Assembly (NCBI GenBank): GCA_027459825.1
Contig: DAIDGT010000003.1
Location: 1,277 to 65,276, forward strand
DNA: 64,000 nt
Source of the DNA: a bacterium
GTDB lineage: Bacteria; Patescibacteriota; Dojkabacteria; JAKAPS01; JAJZLI01
Reading direction: 5' to 3'
A program made the translations under genes and the position numbers. The notes below the pieces were generated by a model. The model saw only the letters and a program-made list of their open reading frames with translations. It had not been told where the DNA came from and searched no databases. Of the stretch, positions 31,834 through 40,420 are shown piece after piece; within the stretch, counting starts at the first letter, position 1, and every line of letters starts with the position of its first letter.

Positions 31834-32057
31834 AATATTTCCATATTTTTTATTAAAAATTATATATCAGAACTAATTATTTTTCTTGTTGTATGCTAAA
31901 AATTACCTTGTATGAAGTAATTAGAAATTATGATAGTAAATCTGATAGGAAGGAGTAATGCAATGAACTTAGGGGTGTCTAACCATACAACAATAGAAGA
32001 CATAAAAAATCTGGGATATTAGAAATATCAAGAATGATAATTAATATTATTTAATAG

Positions 32058-32522
32058 TTAACGAAATATATTTTCTAATTTATTGAGACTTTGGTTCCAT
32101 CCTTCACTCATGCCATTTATTGCATCATTTGCCTTAGTAGTGACTTTTGTAACTTCTATATGGAAAGTCATCTTAGTGATAGTGTTAATATTTTCTAATG
32201 TAACAGTATTTGTACTTTCTATGTTTGGAGTTCCATCTTCATCATATACTGCCCCTCCTTTCCATTCAATAAATGTAGGCCTGGTTATTTTCGTAAAATG
32301 CCCCTTCATTGGCCATTCTTGTCCTGCTAAATAACCTAATTCTTTTCCTGCTAACATTACTATGTATATTTTTCCATTCTCTTTTGGGTCTATTTCACAT
32401 ATTGGGATTGTTACTCCATTTGGTCCCCACCATTGAGTTATTATTTGAGGAGTTAACCATGCCTCAAAGACTTTGTCTATTGAAGCATGGTATGTTTTTA
32501 CTATTGTTAATTCTTTTTTCAC
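32058..32522 (-). CDS. SRPBCC/AHSA1-domain protein
   Basis: IVKTYHASIDKVFEAWLTPQIITQWWGP...GWNQSLNKL is typical of the Aha1/BPI-like SRPBCC family. GTG start, directly abutting the upstream stop. Confidence 0.7.
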   Translation of the reverse strand: MKKELTIVKTYHASIDKVFEAWLTPQIITQWWGPNGVTIPICEIDPKENGKIYIVMLAGKELGYLAGQEWPMKGHFTKITRPTFIEWKGGAVYDEDGTPNIESTNTVTLENINTITKMTFHIEVTKVTTKANDAINGMSEGWNQSLNKLENIFR

Positions 32523-34073
32523 TTAGCAAGAACTGCTGGTTGTTGAAAGCACATATACTTTAACACTATTATCATCAGATGTTGAAACCTCTGATACATA
32601 ACTACCTGTTAAAGTAGCTGTTACTGTAGTTTGTGCTGAAGGAGCAAGTGTTGATGATCCTGCAGTTGCTTGAAGCATTGAAACAACACTATTGTCTGAT
32701 CCAAAAAATAACACTGTTGGGTTACAGACATTTACAGTACTACTGGAATTATTAGTAATTGTTGCAGTAACAGTGATTTCAGTACTACTGCTTGTTACAT
32801 TAACATTACTTACACTAATAGGGTTGGTTGGTGTATTAGTAGTTGCAGTTCCACTAACTGTAAATGTAAGTGTAGGAGAGTCTGTACCTGTGTATGAAAA
32901 TATAAATGGAGTAGTCTCATCAGGTTTTAAAGTTGTTAAGTAAGGAGTTACTGTTTTTGTTCCAAATGCACCAGTTACTGTAAATGATATATTTGTCATT
33001 GCAGAATCAGAATGATTTTGAATTTCTCCTTCAACTGTACCTGTACTTGTTGTACTGTTGTATGGCAACTGTACATATCCTTTTACAGATAATGAGCTTT
33101 CACTTTCTGTCCCGTAGTCTGATCCTTGAAAGCTTGCATTACCAAAAGTGTAAACACCACCATCTGAAGTTAGATCGTAGTATCCATTTCCATTTGGAGT
33201 TACTGCTATATCAGTTACTGTTTTGTCAGGTGCATTATCGTTATATACTGATCCGTAGAATTTAGCATTACCAAAAGTGTAAACACCACCATCTGTTGTT
33301 TGTACATAATAACCATTATCATCTGGTGTTTGTGTTATATCTAATGCATTTTTAACAGGAGCATTAGGTATATTATATACAGACCCCATAAATTTAGCAT
33401 TTCCAAAAGTATATATTCCTCCATCTTCTGTCTCTATATAGTAACCGCCATTACTGTTAGTTACACTTATATCTACTGGAACCTTATTTGGAGCTTGTGT
33501 CATGTTATACATTGATCCTTGAAATTTTGCATCTCCAAAAGTGTAAACCCCACCATCTGTTGTAAGTACATAATAACCATTATCATCTGGTGTTAATTTA
33601 AGAGATACTGCATTTTTAACAGGAGCATTAGATATATTGTATACAGATCCCATAAACTTAGCATTCCCAAATGTATAAACTCCTCCATCTTCTGTTAATA
33701 TGTAATATCCAAGATCATTTTGTGTAACAACCATACCTACTACATTGTCATTTGGTATATTTGATATCTGTGTTAGATCTCCATAAAATACAGCATTCCC
33801 AAATGTTAATACTTTCCCTGTGTTAGTAATGATGTAGTATCCTGTAGGTACACCGGAAGAAGTTGTAGTTGGTAAAGGAACTATTTTTCTATCCTTACTC
33901 ACAGCATATACTTGAGATGCATCAGGTGCGTCTGCAAAGACCTTTGGTGAACTAATAACGAAAAATATAGATAATACTAAAATTAATACAGGTAAAAAAT
34001 AGAAAGTGTTTGTTAATTTAATTTTTATTTCATTCATATTATCCAATATATTGGTTTTGAAAATATTTGTCAA
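32523..34073 (-). CDS. secreted repeat protein: six ~44-aa DGGVYTFGNAKF.GS units (beta-propeller-like) + S/T-rich Ig-like C-terminal half
   Basis: Signal peptide ending VFA/DAP. Repeats read directly from the translation. No named family recalled. Confidence 0.6.
   Translation of the reverse strand: MTNIFKTNILDNMNEIKIKLTNTFYFLPVLILVLSIFFVISSPKVFADAPDASQVYAVSKDRKIVPLPTTTSSGVPTGYYIITNTGKVLTFGNAVFYGDLTQISNIPNDNVVGMVVTQNDLGYYILTEDGGVYTFGNAKFMGSVYNISNAPVKNAVSLKLTPDDNGYYVLTTDGGVYTFGDAKFQGSMYNMTQAPNKVPVDISVTNSNGGYYIETEDGGIYTFGNAKFMGSVYNIPNAPVKNALDITQTPDDNGYYVQTTDGGVYTFGNAKFYGSVYNDNAPDKTVTDIAVTPNGNGYYDLTSDGGVYTFGNASFQGSDYGTESESSLSVKGYVQLPYNSTTSTGTVEGEIQNHSDSAMTNISFTVTGAFGTKTVTPYLTTLKPDETTPFIFSYTGTDSPTLTFTVSGTATTNTPTNPISVSNVNVTSSSTEITVTATITNNSSSTVNVCNPTVLFFGSDNSVVSMLQATAGSSTLAPSAQTTVTATLTGSYVSEVSTSDDNSVKVYVLSTTSSSC
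33114..33848 (-). repeat. intragenic tandem repeat, six units of ~132 nt
   Basis: Units start near residues 86, 130, 174, 218, 262 and 305. DNA-level identity is visible, e.g. ccaaaagtgtaaacaccaccatctg recurs at about 33141, about 33270 and (with one mismatch) about 33535. Confidence 0.8.
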
Positions 34074-34082
34074 CTAACTTTT

Positions 34083-34343
34083 TTATTCTGCTACTTTGTT
34101 ATATATCCAAAATATAATATATATACAAATATATGCATCAATAAATCCATAAATCAATCCTATTAAACTTCCTATTATAGAGATTGAATATCCTGGGTAT
34201 ATACTAGATACTACTTCTAGGAAAGATTTTCCATAACCGAAAAATACAGATGCAAGTGTTGTTATAAATATTAGTGCTGACCAAGTAATTCCTGCTGTTA
34301 AAGCTATCTTTTTGACTATGTCTTGTTTCATTATAATAAACAC
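34083..34343 (-). CDS. small two/three-TM membrane protein
   Basis: 86-aa ORF. The Gly-rich helix GSLIGLIYGFIDAYI is notable. No family recognised. The start may be the Met of MKQD (34331). Confidence 0.4.
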   Translation of the reverse strand: MFIIMKQDIVKKIALTAGITWSALIFITTLASVFFGYGKSFLEVVSSIYPGYSISIIGSLIGLIYGFIDAYICIYIIFWIYNKVAE

Positions 34344-34412
34344 CCCCTCAGCTTGTTACTAGTATGATGCTTACAAAAAGTTATGTCAAACTTATATACA
34401 ATATCTTATTAT

Positions 34413-34694
34413 TTATGATTTTTTCTCGGATTCTAACCTGGCAAGGATTTTTGATAATTGTAGCGTTATTACAACTGCAAGTATTGTAACTATGAGTGCA
34501 TATATAAGTAGAGATATGGCTCCGCTACCTTTTGGCAACCATTTTTTTATATATGAATTTATAACATCTTCAATAAGATTGTTCCATGCTAGTGCTGCAA
34601 CAAAACCAAAACCCGAAGTTATTAAAGTTAGAGTTTGCTTTACTGTTGCTATTGCAAGTTCATTATTTTTTTTCTTTTCTTCTATTTTTTTCAT
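34413..34694 (-). CDS. small membrane protein, DUF5654-like
   Basis: TLITSGFGFVAALAWNNLIEDVIN followed by a TM helix. This matches my recollection of DUF5654. Unverified. Confidence 0.5.
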   Translation of the reverse strand: MKKIEEKKKNNELAIATVKQTLTLITSGFGFVAALAWNNLIEDVINSYIKKWLPKGSGAISLLIYALIVTILAVVITLQLSKILARLESEKKS

Positions 34695-34784
34695 ATGAGA
34701 ATACTTGTATTATTATATAATGATTTTTTTACAAATATAAGAGAGATTTTATAAATATGGTAGTTCCTTTTTATAAAATTTCTT

Positions 34785-35801
34785 GTGTACTATAATTTTT
34801 ATATGCAAGTTTATTCTTTATCTGACAAGATTTATAAAATAATAACCTTATTACTTGGTATATTTTGGGTTATTGATGGGATCCTTCAGTTTCAGCCTAA
34901 AATGTTTACACAACTGTTTCCTTTGAAGGTACTATACCCTTTAATATCTGCTCAACCAATCTTCCTTAGGTTATTAATCCATACAGGTATAAATATATTT
35001 TCTAGTCACCTTATTATATTTAATGTACTTGCAGCTTCTCTTCAGCTTTTAGTTGGACTTATATTGATAATTCCTGATCTAAAAGATTTTAGAATCACTG
35101 CATTGTATATTTCTATCATATGGGCTCTTATAGTTTGGGTTTTTGGGCAAGGTTTAGGGATGATATTTACAGGTTCTGCCAGTTTCTACACAGGGGCTCC
35201 TGGCTCAGCTATACTTTATATTATTATTGCTATATTTCTTCTTTTTCCGAAATCTATACCAGAGTATTATATGCCTCAAGTCGCTGGACTTATTTTATTT
35301 ATTGGAGGAATACTAAATGAAACTCATATGTTTTGGACTAAAGCAGGGCAGAGTATGTTGTTGAATTTGTATTTGGGAAATAACTTTGTACTTCTTAATG
35401 TTATAGAGATTGGTATTCTTTTCACTTTCGGGATATTGCTCATTATAAAGCCTACAAAGATTTTGGGTTGGGTAATGGTATTCTTTTTGTTACTTATATG
35501 GTGTACTTCTCAGGGTTTTGGCGGGGTTATAAATTTTCCAAATGGTTTGGCTACCGATTTGTCTTCTGCTCCTCTTTTTATGCTTTTTATAGTTCCTTTA
35601 CTTTATAACAATAAATCTTATTTACTCCCTACAATTTTTGATGAAAAAAAATCTGTAGGAATTATAAATCGTGTGGTATTAAATAAGTGGTTTTTTGCCA
35701 TTATACTTATTTGTATTGGAGTTTTTATGGGCTTTATTTTTAATATAAGTGTGAATTCAACTTCTAAAAACACCGTAGGAGTATCAAATATGTCAATGTA
35801 A
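34785..35801 (+). CDS. polytopic membrane protein, unknown function
   Basis: 338-aa ORF (GTG 34785, or ATG 34803) with eight or more hydrophobic helices. Confidence 0.4.
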   Translation: MYYNFYMQVYSLSDKIYKIITLLLGIFWVIDGILQFQPKMFTQLFPLKVLYPLISAQPIFLRLLIHTGINIFSSHLIIFNVLAASLQLLVGLILIIPDLKDFRITALYISIIWALIVWVFGQGLGMIFTGSASFYTGAPGSAILYIIIAIFLLFPKSIPEYYMPQVAGLILFIGGILNETHMFWTKAGQSMLLNLYLGNNFVLLNVIEIGILFTFGILLIIKPTKILGWVMVFFLLLIWCTSQGFGGVINFPNGLATDLSSAPLFMLFIVPLLYNNKSYLLPTIFDEKKSVGIINRVVLNKWFFAIILICIGVFMGFIFNISVNSTSKNTVGVSNMSM

Positions 35802-35826
35802 TATTATGAATTTCTCTTTAGTAAAA

Positions 35827-36177
35827 TTACTTTTTTGTATTGATAAAATTTAATAGTGCTACTGCATTGTTATGTTTTGTATCTTTTGCAGCATATAGTA
35901 TTGTGACCTTTTTATTATTTTTTTCAACTGCAATAACTTTGTCTATAAGTTCTTTTTTTTCTGATAATTCACTTTTATATCTTACTTGGAATTCCTCCCA
36001 CCTTTTAAGGTCATGAGAGAACCATTCCCTTAAATACTTACTTGGGGCAATATCTCTTATCCATAAATCTATGTTTGCTTCAGTTTTAGATATTCCTCTT
36101 GGCCAGAGTCCATCAATTAAAATTCTGTAACCGTCTTCTTTGCTGTATTTGTCATAAATTCTTTTTAGTACATACAT
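35827..36177 (-). CDS. DUF488-family protein
   Basis: RILIDGLWPRGISKTEANIDLWIRDIAPSKYLREWFSHDLKRWEEFQVRY is the DUF488/YeaO pattern. Confidence 0.75.
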   Translation of the reverse strand: MYVLKRIYDKYSKEDGYRILIDGLWPRGISKTEANIDLWIRDIAPSKYLREWFSHDLKRWEEFQVRYKSELSEKKELIDKVIAVEKNNKKVTILYAAKDTKHNNAVALLNFINTKK

Positions 36178-36187
36178 AACATGTCAA

Positions 36188-36595
36188 TCATAACTCACTT
36201 TTAAACTCTTTAATATCATCTTCAAGGATAGCTTCTTCCTTGTCTATTCCTATAATGTCTTTATCATTTTTGATAGCAAAGTATTTTATAGTTTTTTTCA
36301 GTTCTTTGGCAATTTTTATTTCTGCAAGAACCCCATTGCTTATACCACCAAAAATCCATAATTCATCTGATCTTGCAAGTAATGTATTATTTGCACCCCT
36401 TACTAGGTCTCTGTCTACAAGATCTGCTACAAAATAATCAAAAGACATAAACGGATTTATAGGCACATAACCTTTCTCAAGTACAAATTGACATATAAAC
36501 ATTCTGAAATAAAATAATTTTTTAGATAGTGCAGTAAATACAATTTTTTTATTACTTTCTAATGATAGTGATTTGTGGTCAAATTTATTTGTCAT
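36188..36595 (-). CDS. hypothetical protein (possibly nucleoside 2-deoxyribosyltransferase-like fold)
   Basis: 135 aa. ...ARSDELWIFGGISNGVLAEIKIAKELKK... recalls DUF4406-type proteins. Weak. Confidence 0.3.
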   Translation of the reverse strand: MTNKFDHKSLSLESNKKIVFTALSKKLFYFRMFICQFVLEKGYVPINPFMSFDYFVADLVDRDLVRGANNTLLARSDELWIFGGISNGVLAEIKIAKELKKTIKYFAIKNDKDIIGIDKEEAILEDDIKEFKSEL

Positions 36596-36597
36596 GT

Positions 36598-37812
36598 TTA
36601 CTGCGTTTTTATATTCTTTATTATTTCTGAGATTGTAGGCCTTTGACCATACATTAGAAGATATATTCTTAGTAATTTTGCACTAAGTAGAATTCCTATA
36701 ATAATTGAAAGTATCAAAACACCTATACTTGTAGCAATTTGCCATAAAGGTACTGCAGATACTCCAAATCTTAACATGACAAGGACTGGAGAGGAAAATG
36801 GAAATATTGTAAATATTTTCCATATAATACTGTTTGGAAATAACAGTAGTAATGAGTAGAACCAATATGGTGCAATTGCAAAAATTCCAAATATTGCAGA
36901 GGCTCCCTGTGCCTCTCTTACTGTAGATGTTATGGCTGCAATAGAAGCTGATAATACAGCAAACAGCAGATATCCTAATATAAAATATATTATCCCAAAG
37001 ACCCAAAAGTGTGCAGGAATTGTAATTGTACTAAAAATTCCTCCAAATTGAGATGATGCCATATGCAAAAGTATTGGTATTATTGCTACCCACACAACTA
37101 CCTGGATTAATCCTGAAAGGCCTATTCCAAGCACTTTTCCCGTGATAAGCTGGTTTGGAGTGACTGAGGAGAGCAGTACTTCCATAAGTCTATTTTCCTT
37201 TTCCTCTCCAAGTCCTTGCAGAACATATGTTGATGAGAATATAAGTGCAAGAGCCATTAGAATACTGAATATGCTTGGCACTATTATGTTTTGTATATTA
37301 TATTGTGTTTGAGATACCGCACCTGTTGATGTTAGTGTTGTTGATGATATATTAGGAGGGGTTTCTACTCTTTCTATTATAATTGGAGGCACTTTTCCTA
37401 TAAGTAAATTTACTGATAGAAACTTTGTTATTTCCTCTTGCGATGTTGATGATACTCTAGTTCCTACATTGATTGCAAAACTTTCAATTTTTCCTGTAGT
37501 AATATAATTTTGAGGAATAACTATATACTCTTCTATATCTCCATTCACAAGAGATTTTGTGGCTTCACTTACTGTCTTGTAAGGAATAAATGTTACACTA
37601 CCTTCTTTTGTAAATTTACTGAATTCTCCAATTTGATCTACATACCCTATTTTTGTAATAGATGTAGCTTGTTGTGTAGATTTTGATGTGGAGTGAATTA
37701 TTCTCATACCTACCAATGCAATAATTGGAAGGGCAAGAGTTAATATTATAAATCCTGGTCTTCTTATGGTGGATATCAGTTCATGTTTAAATATTAGTAA
37801 AGATTTATTCAT
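36598..37812 (-). CDS. ABC-2-type transporter permease
   Basis: N-terminal TM, a large extracytoplasmic loop, then five TM helices. A 4-nt overlap with the upstream ATPase gene. Confidence 0.7.
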   Translation of the reverse strand: MNKSLLIFKHELISTIRRPGFIILTLALPIIALVGMRIIHSTSKSTQQATSITKIGYVDQIGEFSKFTKEGSVTFIPYKTVSEATKSLVNGDIEEYIVIPQNYITTGKIESFAINVGTRVSSTSQEEITKFLSVNLLIGKVPPIIIERVETPPNISSTTLTSTGAVSQTQYNIQNIIVPSIFSILMALALIFSSTYVLQGLGEEKENRLMEVLLSSVTPNQLITGKVLGIGLSGLIQVVVWVAIIPILLHMASSQFGGIFSTITIPAHFWVFGIIYFILGYLLFAVLSASIAAITSTVREAQGASAIFGIFAIAPYWFYSLLLLFPNSIIWKIFTIFPFSSPVLVMLRFGVSAVPLWQIATSIGVLILSIIIGILLSAKLLRIYLLMYGQRPTISEIIKNIKTQ

Positions 37813-38702
37813 GGCTTTTTCTTAGCTACTTTTAAAAATATCTCATTTAATGTAGGTTCTGCTATTTCGAAACTATTTATGGTTATTTTTTTATCTATTA
37901 AAGTTTTGAGTATTTGCTCTGGAACGATATTCTGTTCTAAAAATAGTTGAGCATACCCATCCTTCTCTTTTACCTCTTTTATACCAGGAACTTGTCCTAG
38001 ATCTCCTTTATATGTAAGAATAATGGAGTTGTCTCTATACTTTGTTTTAATATCCTTTAAATTTCCGTATAATACAGATTCTCCTCCATCGATCATGAGT
38101 ATTCTGTCACAAAGTTCTTCTACTTGGCTCATTTGGTGAATACTAAGTATTACTGTTTTTCCTTGATTTTTTAAATCTATTATTAGGTTTTTTAGAAGCT
38201 CTGTATTTACGGGATCAAGTCCAGAGAAAGGTTCGTCTAGTATTATAAGGTTTGGGTCATTGATAATTGTTATAACGAATTGAATTAGTTGTCCCATACC
38301 CTTACTTAGTTCTTGTATCTTCTTATTTCTTGTATCTGGCATCCCGATTTTTTTTAGTAACTCGGTTCCTCTTTTTTCTGCCATGGTATTATCTATGCCT
38401 TTTAGAGATGCTAGATAAATCATAGATTCCATAACTGTTAATCTTTTGTATAGTCCTCTTTCTTCTGGTAAATATCCTAATTTATTTTTAGTTTTTTCGC
38501 TAATCTTTTCTCCGAAAATTTTAATCTCGCCGGAGTCAGGTTTGATTATATCCATAATCATCCTTATTGTTGTTGTCTTTCCAGCACCATTTGGTCCAAT
38601 AAGTCCAAATATTTCATTCTTGTTAACGGAAAAGGATAGGTCTGATACTGCTAGTTTTGTAAAGTAACTTTTATTTATACTATTTACTTCAATTTCTCCC
38701 AT
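37809..38702 (-). CDS. ABC transporter ATP-binding protein
   Basis: Walker A GPNGAGKTT, signature LSKGMGQ, Walker B LIILDEPFSGLD, H-loop SIHQM. Confidence 0.9.
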   Translation of the reverse strand: MGEIEVNSINKSYFTKLAVSDLSFSVNKNEIFGLIGPNGAGKTTTIRMIMDIIKPDSGEIKIFGEKISEKTKNKLGYLPEERGLYKRLTVMESMIYLASLKGIDNTMAEKRGTELLKKIGMPDTRNKKIQELSKGMGQLIQFVITIINDPNLIILDEPFSGLDPVNTELLKNLIIDLKNQGKTVILSIHQMSQVEELCDRILMIDGGESVLYGNLKDIKTKYRDNSIILTYKGDLGQVPGIKEVKEKDGYAQLFLEQNIVPEQILKTLIDKKITINSFEIAEPTLNEIFLKVAKKKP

Positions 38703-38919
38703 TATTAATATAATTTTAACAAAAATGTAGATGGAATAATATCTTATTTATTGATCTATGGTGTAGGTAGTGTTGTAATAAAATTCTTTAAATTACATAT
38801 TCTGTCTTTTATATATTAAATATTAAAACATTGATTTTCGAATTGACATATTCTTGTACTTCTTAGTTGGTGTAATATGGGTTGGAGGTATTATTTATAC
38901 CTGTTATAATAATACTATA

Positions 38920-39231
38920 ATGGTAAAACAGAATGTTTCTGGAGGTACAGTACATACTATTCCTGATGATTTATATAAGGCTTTAGTTTCAGACTCAAAG
39001 GCTCTTGGAATATGGGAGAGTCTTACACCTCTTGCGCGTAATGAATGGATATGTTGGACAACCTTTGTTAAGAAGGTTGAGACAAGAAAGGATCATGTTG
39101 CAAGAGTGGTTTCTGAACTTAAAGATGGAATGCGTAGACCTTGTTGCTGGATTGGGTGTGTTCATAGAAAAGATAAGCCTATAAGTCGTTCTGTACAATA
39201 TATACTGAATAAAAAAGGTATAACGAAATAA
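38920..39231 (+). CDS. YdeI/OmpD-associated family protein
   Basis: IPDDLYKALVSDSKALGIWESLTPLARNEWICWTTFVKKVETRKDHVARVVSELKDGMRRPCCW is the YdeI C-terminal domain pattern. ATG 38920 is preferred to the TTG at 38854. Confidence 0.7.
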   Translation: MVKQNVSGGTVHTIPDDLYKALVSDSKALGIWESLTPLARNEWICWTTFVKKVETRKDHVARVVSELKDGMRRPCCWIGCVHRKDKPISRSVQYILNKKGITK

Positions 39232-39266
39232 TTAGGTTAATGTATTAAATATATTCTATAATAATA

Positions 39267-39548
39267 TTATTTTAATTTATTCAAAATGTAGTGCTTCAAT
39301 TGGGTCAAGTTTAGTGCTCTTCTTGCCGGGTAGAGACCCGCTATCATTCCAACAAGAGTTGTTCCTATGATAATACTTAGTATAAGCCAGAGAGGCATAG
39401 CAAGTATATTCCTGCTTCCTATTGGTCCTGTAATGGCAAGGAATTCTTCTTGCTGCACTTTTAAATCCACATTATCCAGTGCATTAAGAATTTCATCACC
39501 CAGTTTGTATGTTTTAGTAATTCCAGAAAGATTAATGACATTAGTCAT
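39267..39548 (-). pseudogene. in-frame deletion remnant of a MacB/LolD-type ABC transporter (ATPase N-terminus fused to the last FtsX helix)
   Basis: Residues 1-45, MTNVINLSGITKTYKLGDEILNALDNVDLKVQQEEFLAITGPIGS, stop inside Walker A. Residues 46-93, ...LVGMIAGLYPARRALNLTQL..., match the FtsX/MacB C-terminal helix and GlyPArrAa motif. Confidence 0.55.
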
Positions 39549-39680
39549 ATTTAAGATATTTCAATACTAAACATTCTTGTAATTCCTGTCAATCATTATG
39601 GTTGTAGAGTTCTAATATCATATTGATCTAGACTTATTTTATAAAAAACTTTTATTCTTAATTATGGTAGGATTGATATT

Positions 39681-40286
39681 ATGAATAAATTATTTTTTGA
39701 CATAGAAACTGTTCCTGCTGAAGAAGAAAAACACTCTATTTTGAAATCAATTCATCAGAGAAAAATTGATAATGGAAAAAAAGTTCCAGAGTTAGAAGAA
39801 TTTTTGAATCAAACTACTTTCGATGGTGCATTTGGTAGAATTATTTGTATCTCATATGCAATCAATTATGGAAGTCCTGTTTCCCTTTCTGGTTCTGAAG
39901 AGGATATTTTAAAAAAGTTTTGGGACATAGCGAAATCTGTTAGTTTATTTGTTGGATTTAATGTTATAGATTTTGATTTGAGATTTATATACCAGAGGTC
40001 TGTTGTTTTAAAAGTTAAACCTACAAGATATTTGAATTTTGCAAGATATCGTAGTGATCCTATATATGATGTAATGAAAGAGTGGAGTAAATGGAATATG
40101 TCAGAGAATATAAGTTTAGATTCCCTTTCTCTTGCTCTGGATATTCCTTCTCCTAAAAATGGAGAAGTGGAGGGTAAGAATGTAGCTCAAGCTTTCAAAG
40201 ACGGTAGGATTAATGATATCTGTGAGTATTGTGAGAAGGATGTAGAGGTTACCAGAGAGATATATAAAAGAATGAATTTTATATAA
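39681..40286 (+). CDS. predicted 3'-5' exonuclease (PolB-exonuclease-like, RNase H fold)
   Basis: LFFDIETVP (ExoI), GFNVIDFDLRFI (ExoII) and CEKDVEVTREIY (ExoIII-like, YxxxD). Confidence 0.6.
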   Translation: MNKLFFDIETVPAEEEKHSILKSIHQRKIDNGKKVPELEEFLNQTTFDGAFGRIICISYAINYGSPVSLSGSEEDILKKFWDIAKSVSLFVGFNVIDFDLRFIYQRSVVLKVKPTRYLNFARYRSDPIYDVMKEWSKWNMSENISLDSLSLALDIPSPKNGEVEGKNVAQAFKDGRINDICEYCEKDVEVTREIYKRMNFI

Positions 40287-40420
40287 TTTTTTCAATTAAA
40301 TAATATATGTTTATTTCTGTGTTCCAGGTAACTTTGTATATTTAGTATCGTAGGAATTCAGTAAGGTTGCATATTAATGATATCTACGGCTTTTTGTCTT
40401 GAACTCTTAATTTTTGATGC

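Noticed and set aside
33114-33848. Regularly spaced ~132-nt repeats that could be mistaken for a CRISPR-like or satellite array.
   Set aside because: The repeats are in frame inside a 516-codon ORF and encode a protein repeat. They have no unique spacers or short palindromic repeat structure, and no cas genes lie nearby.
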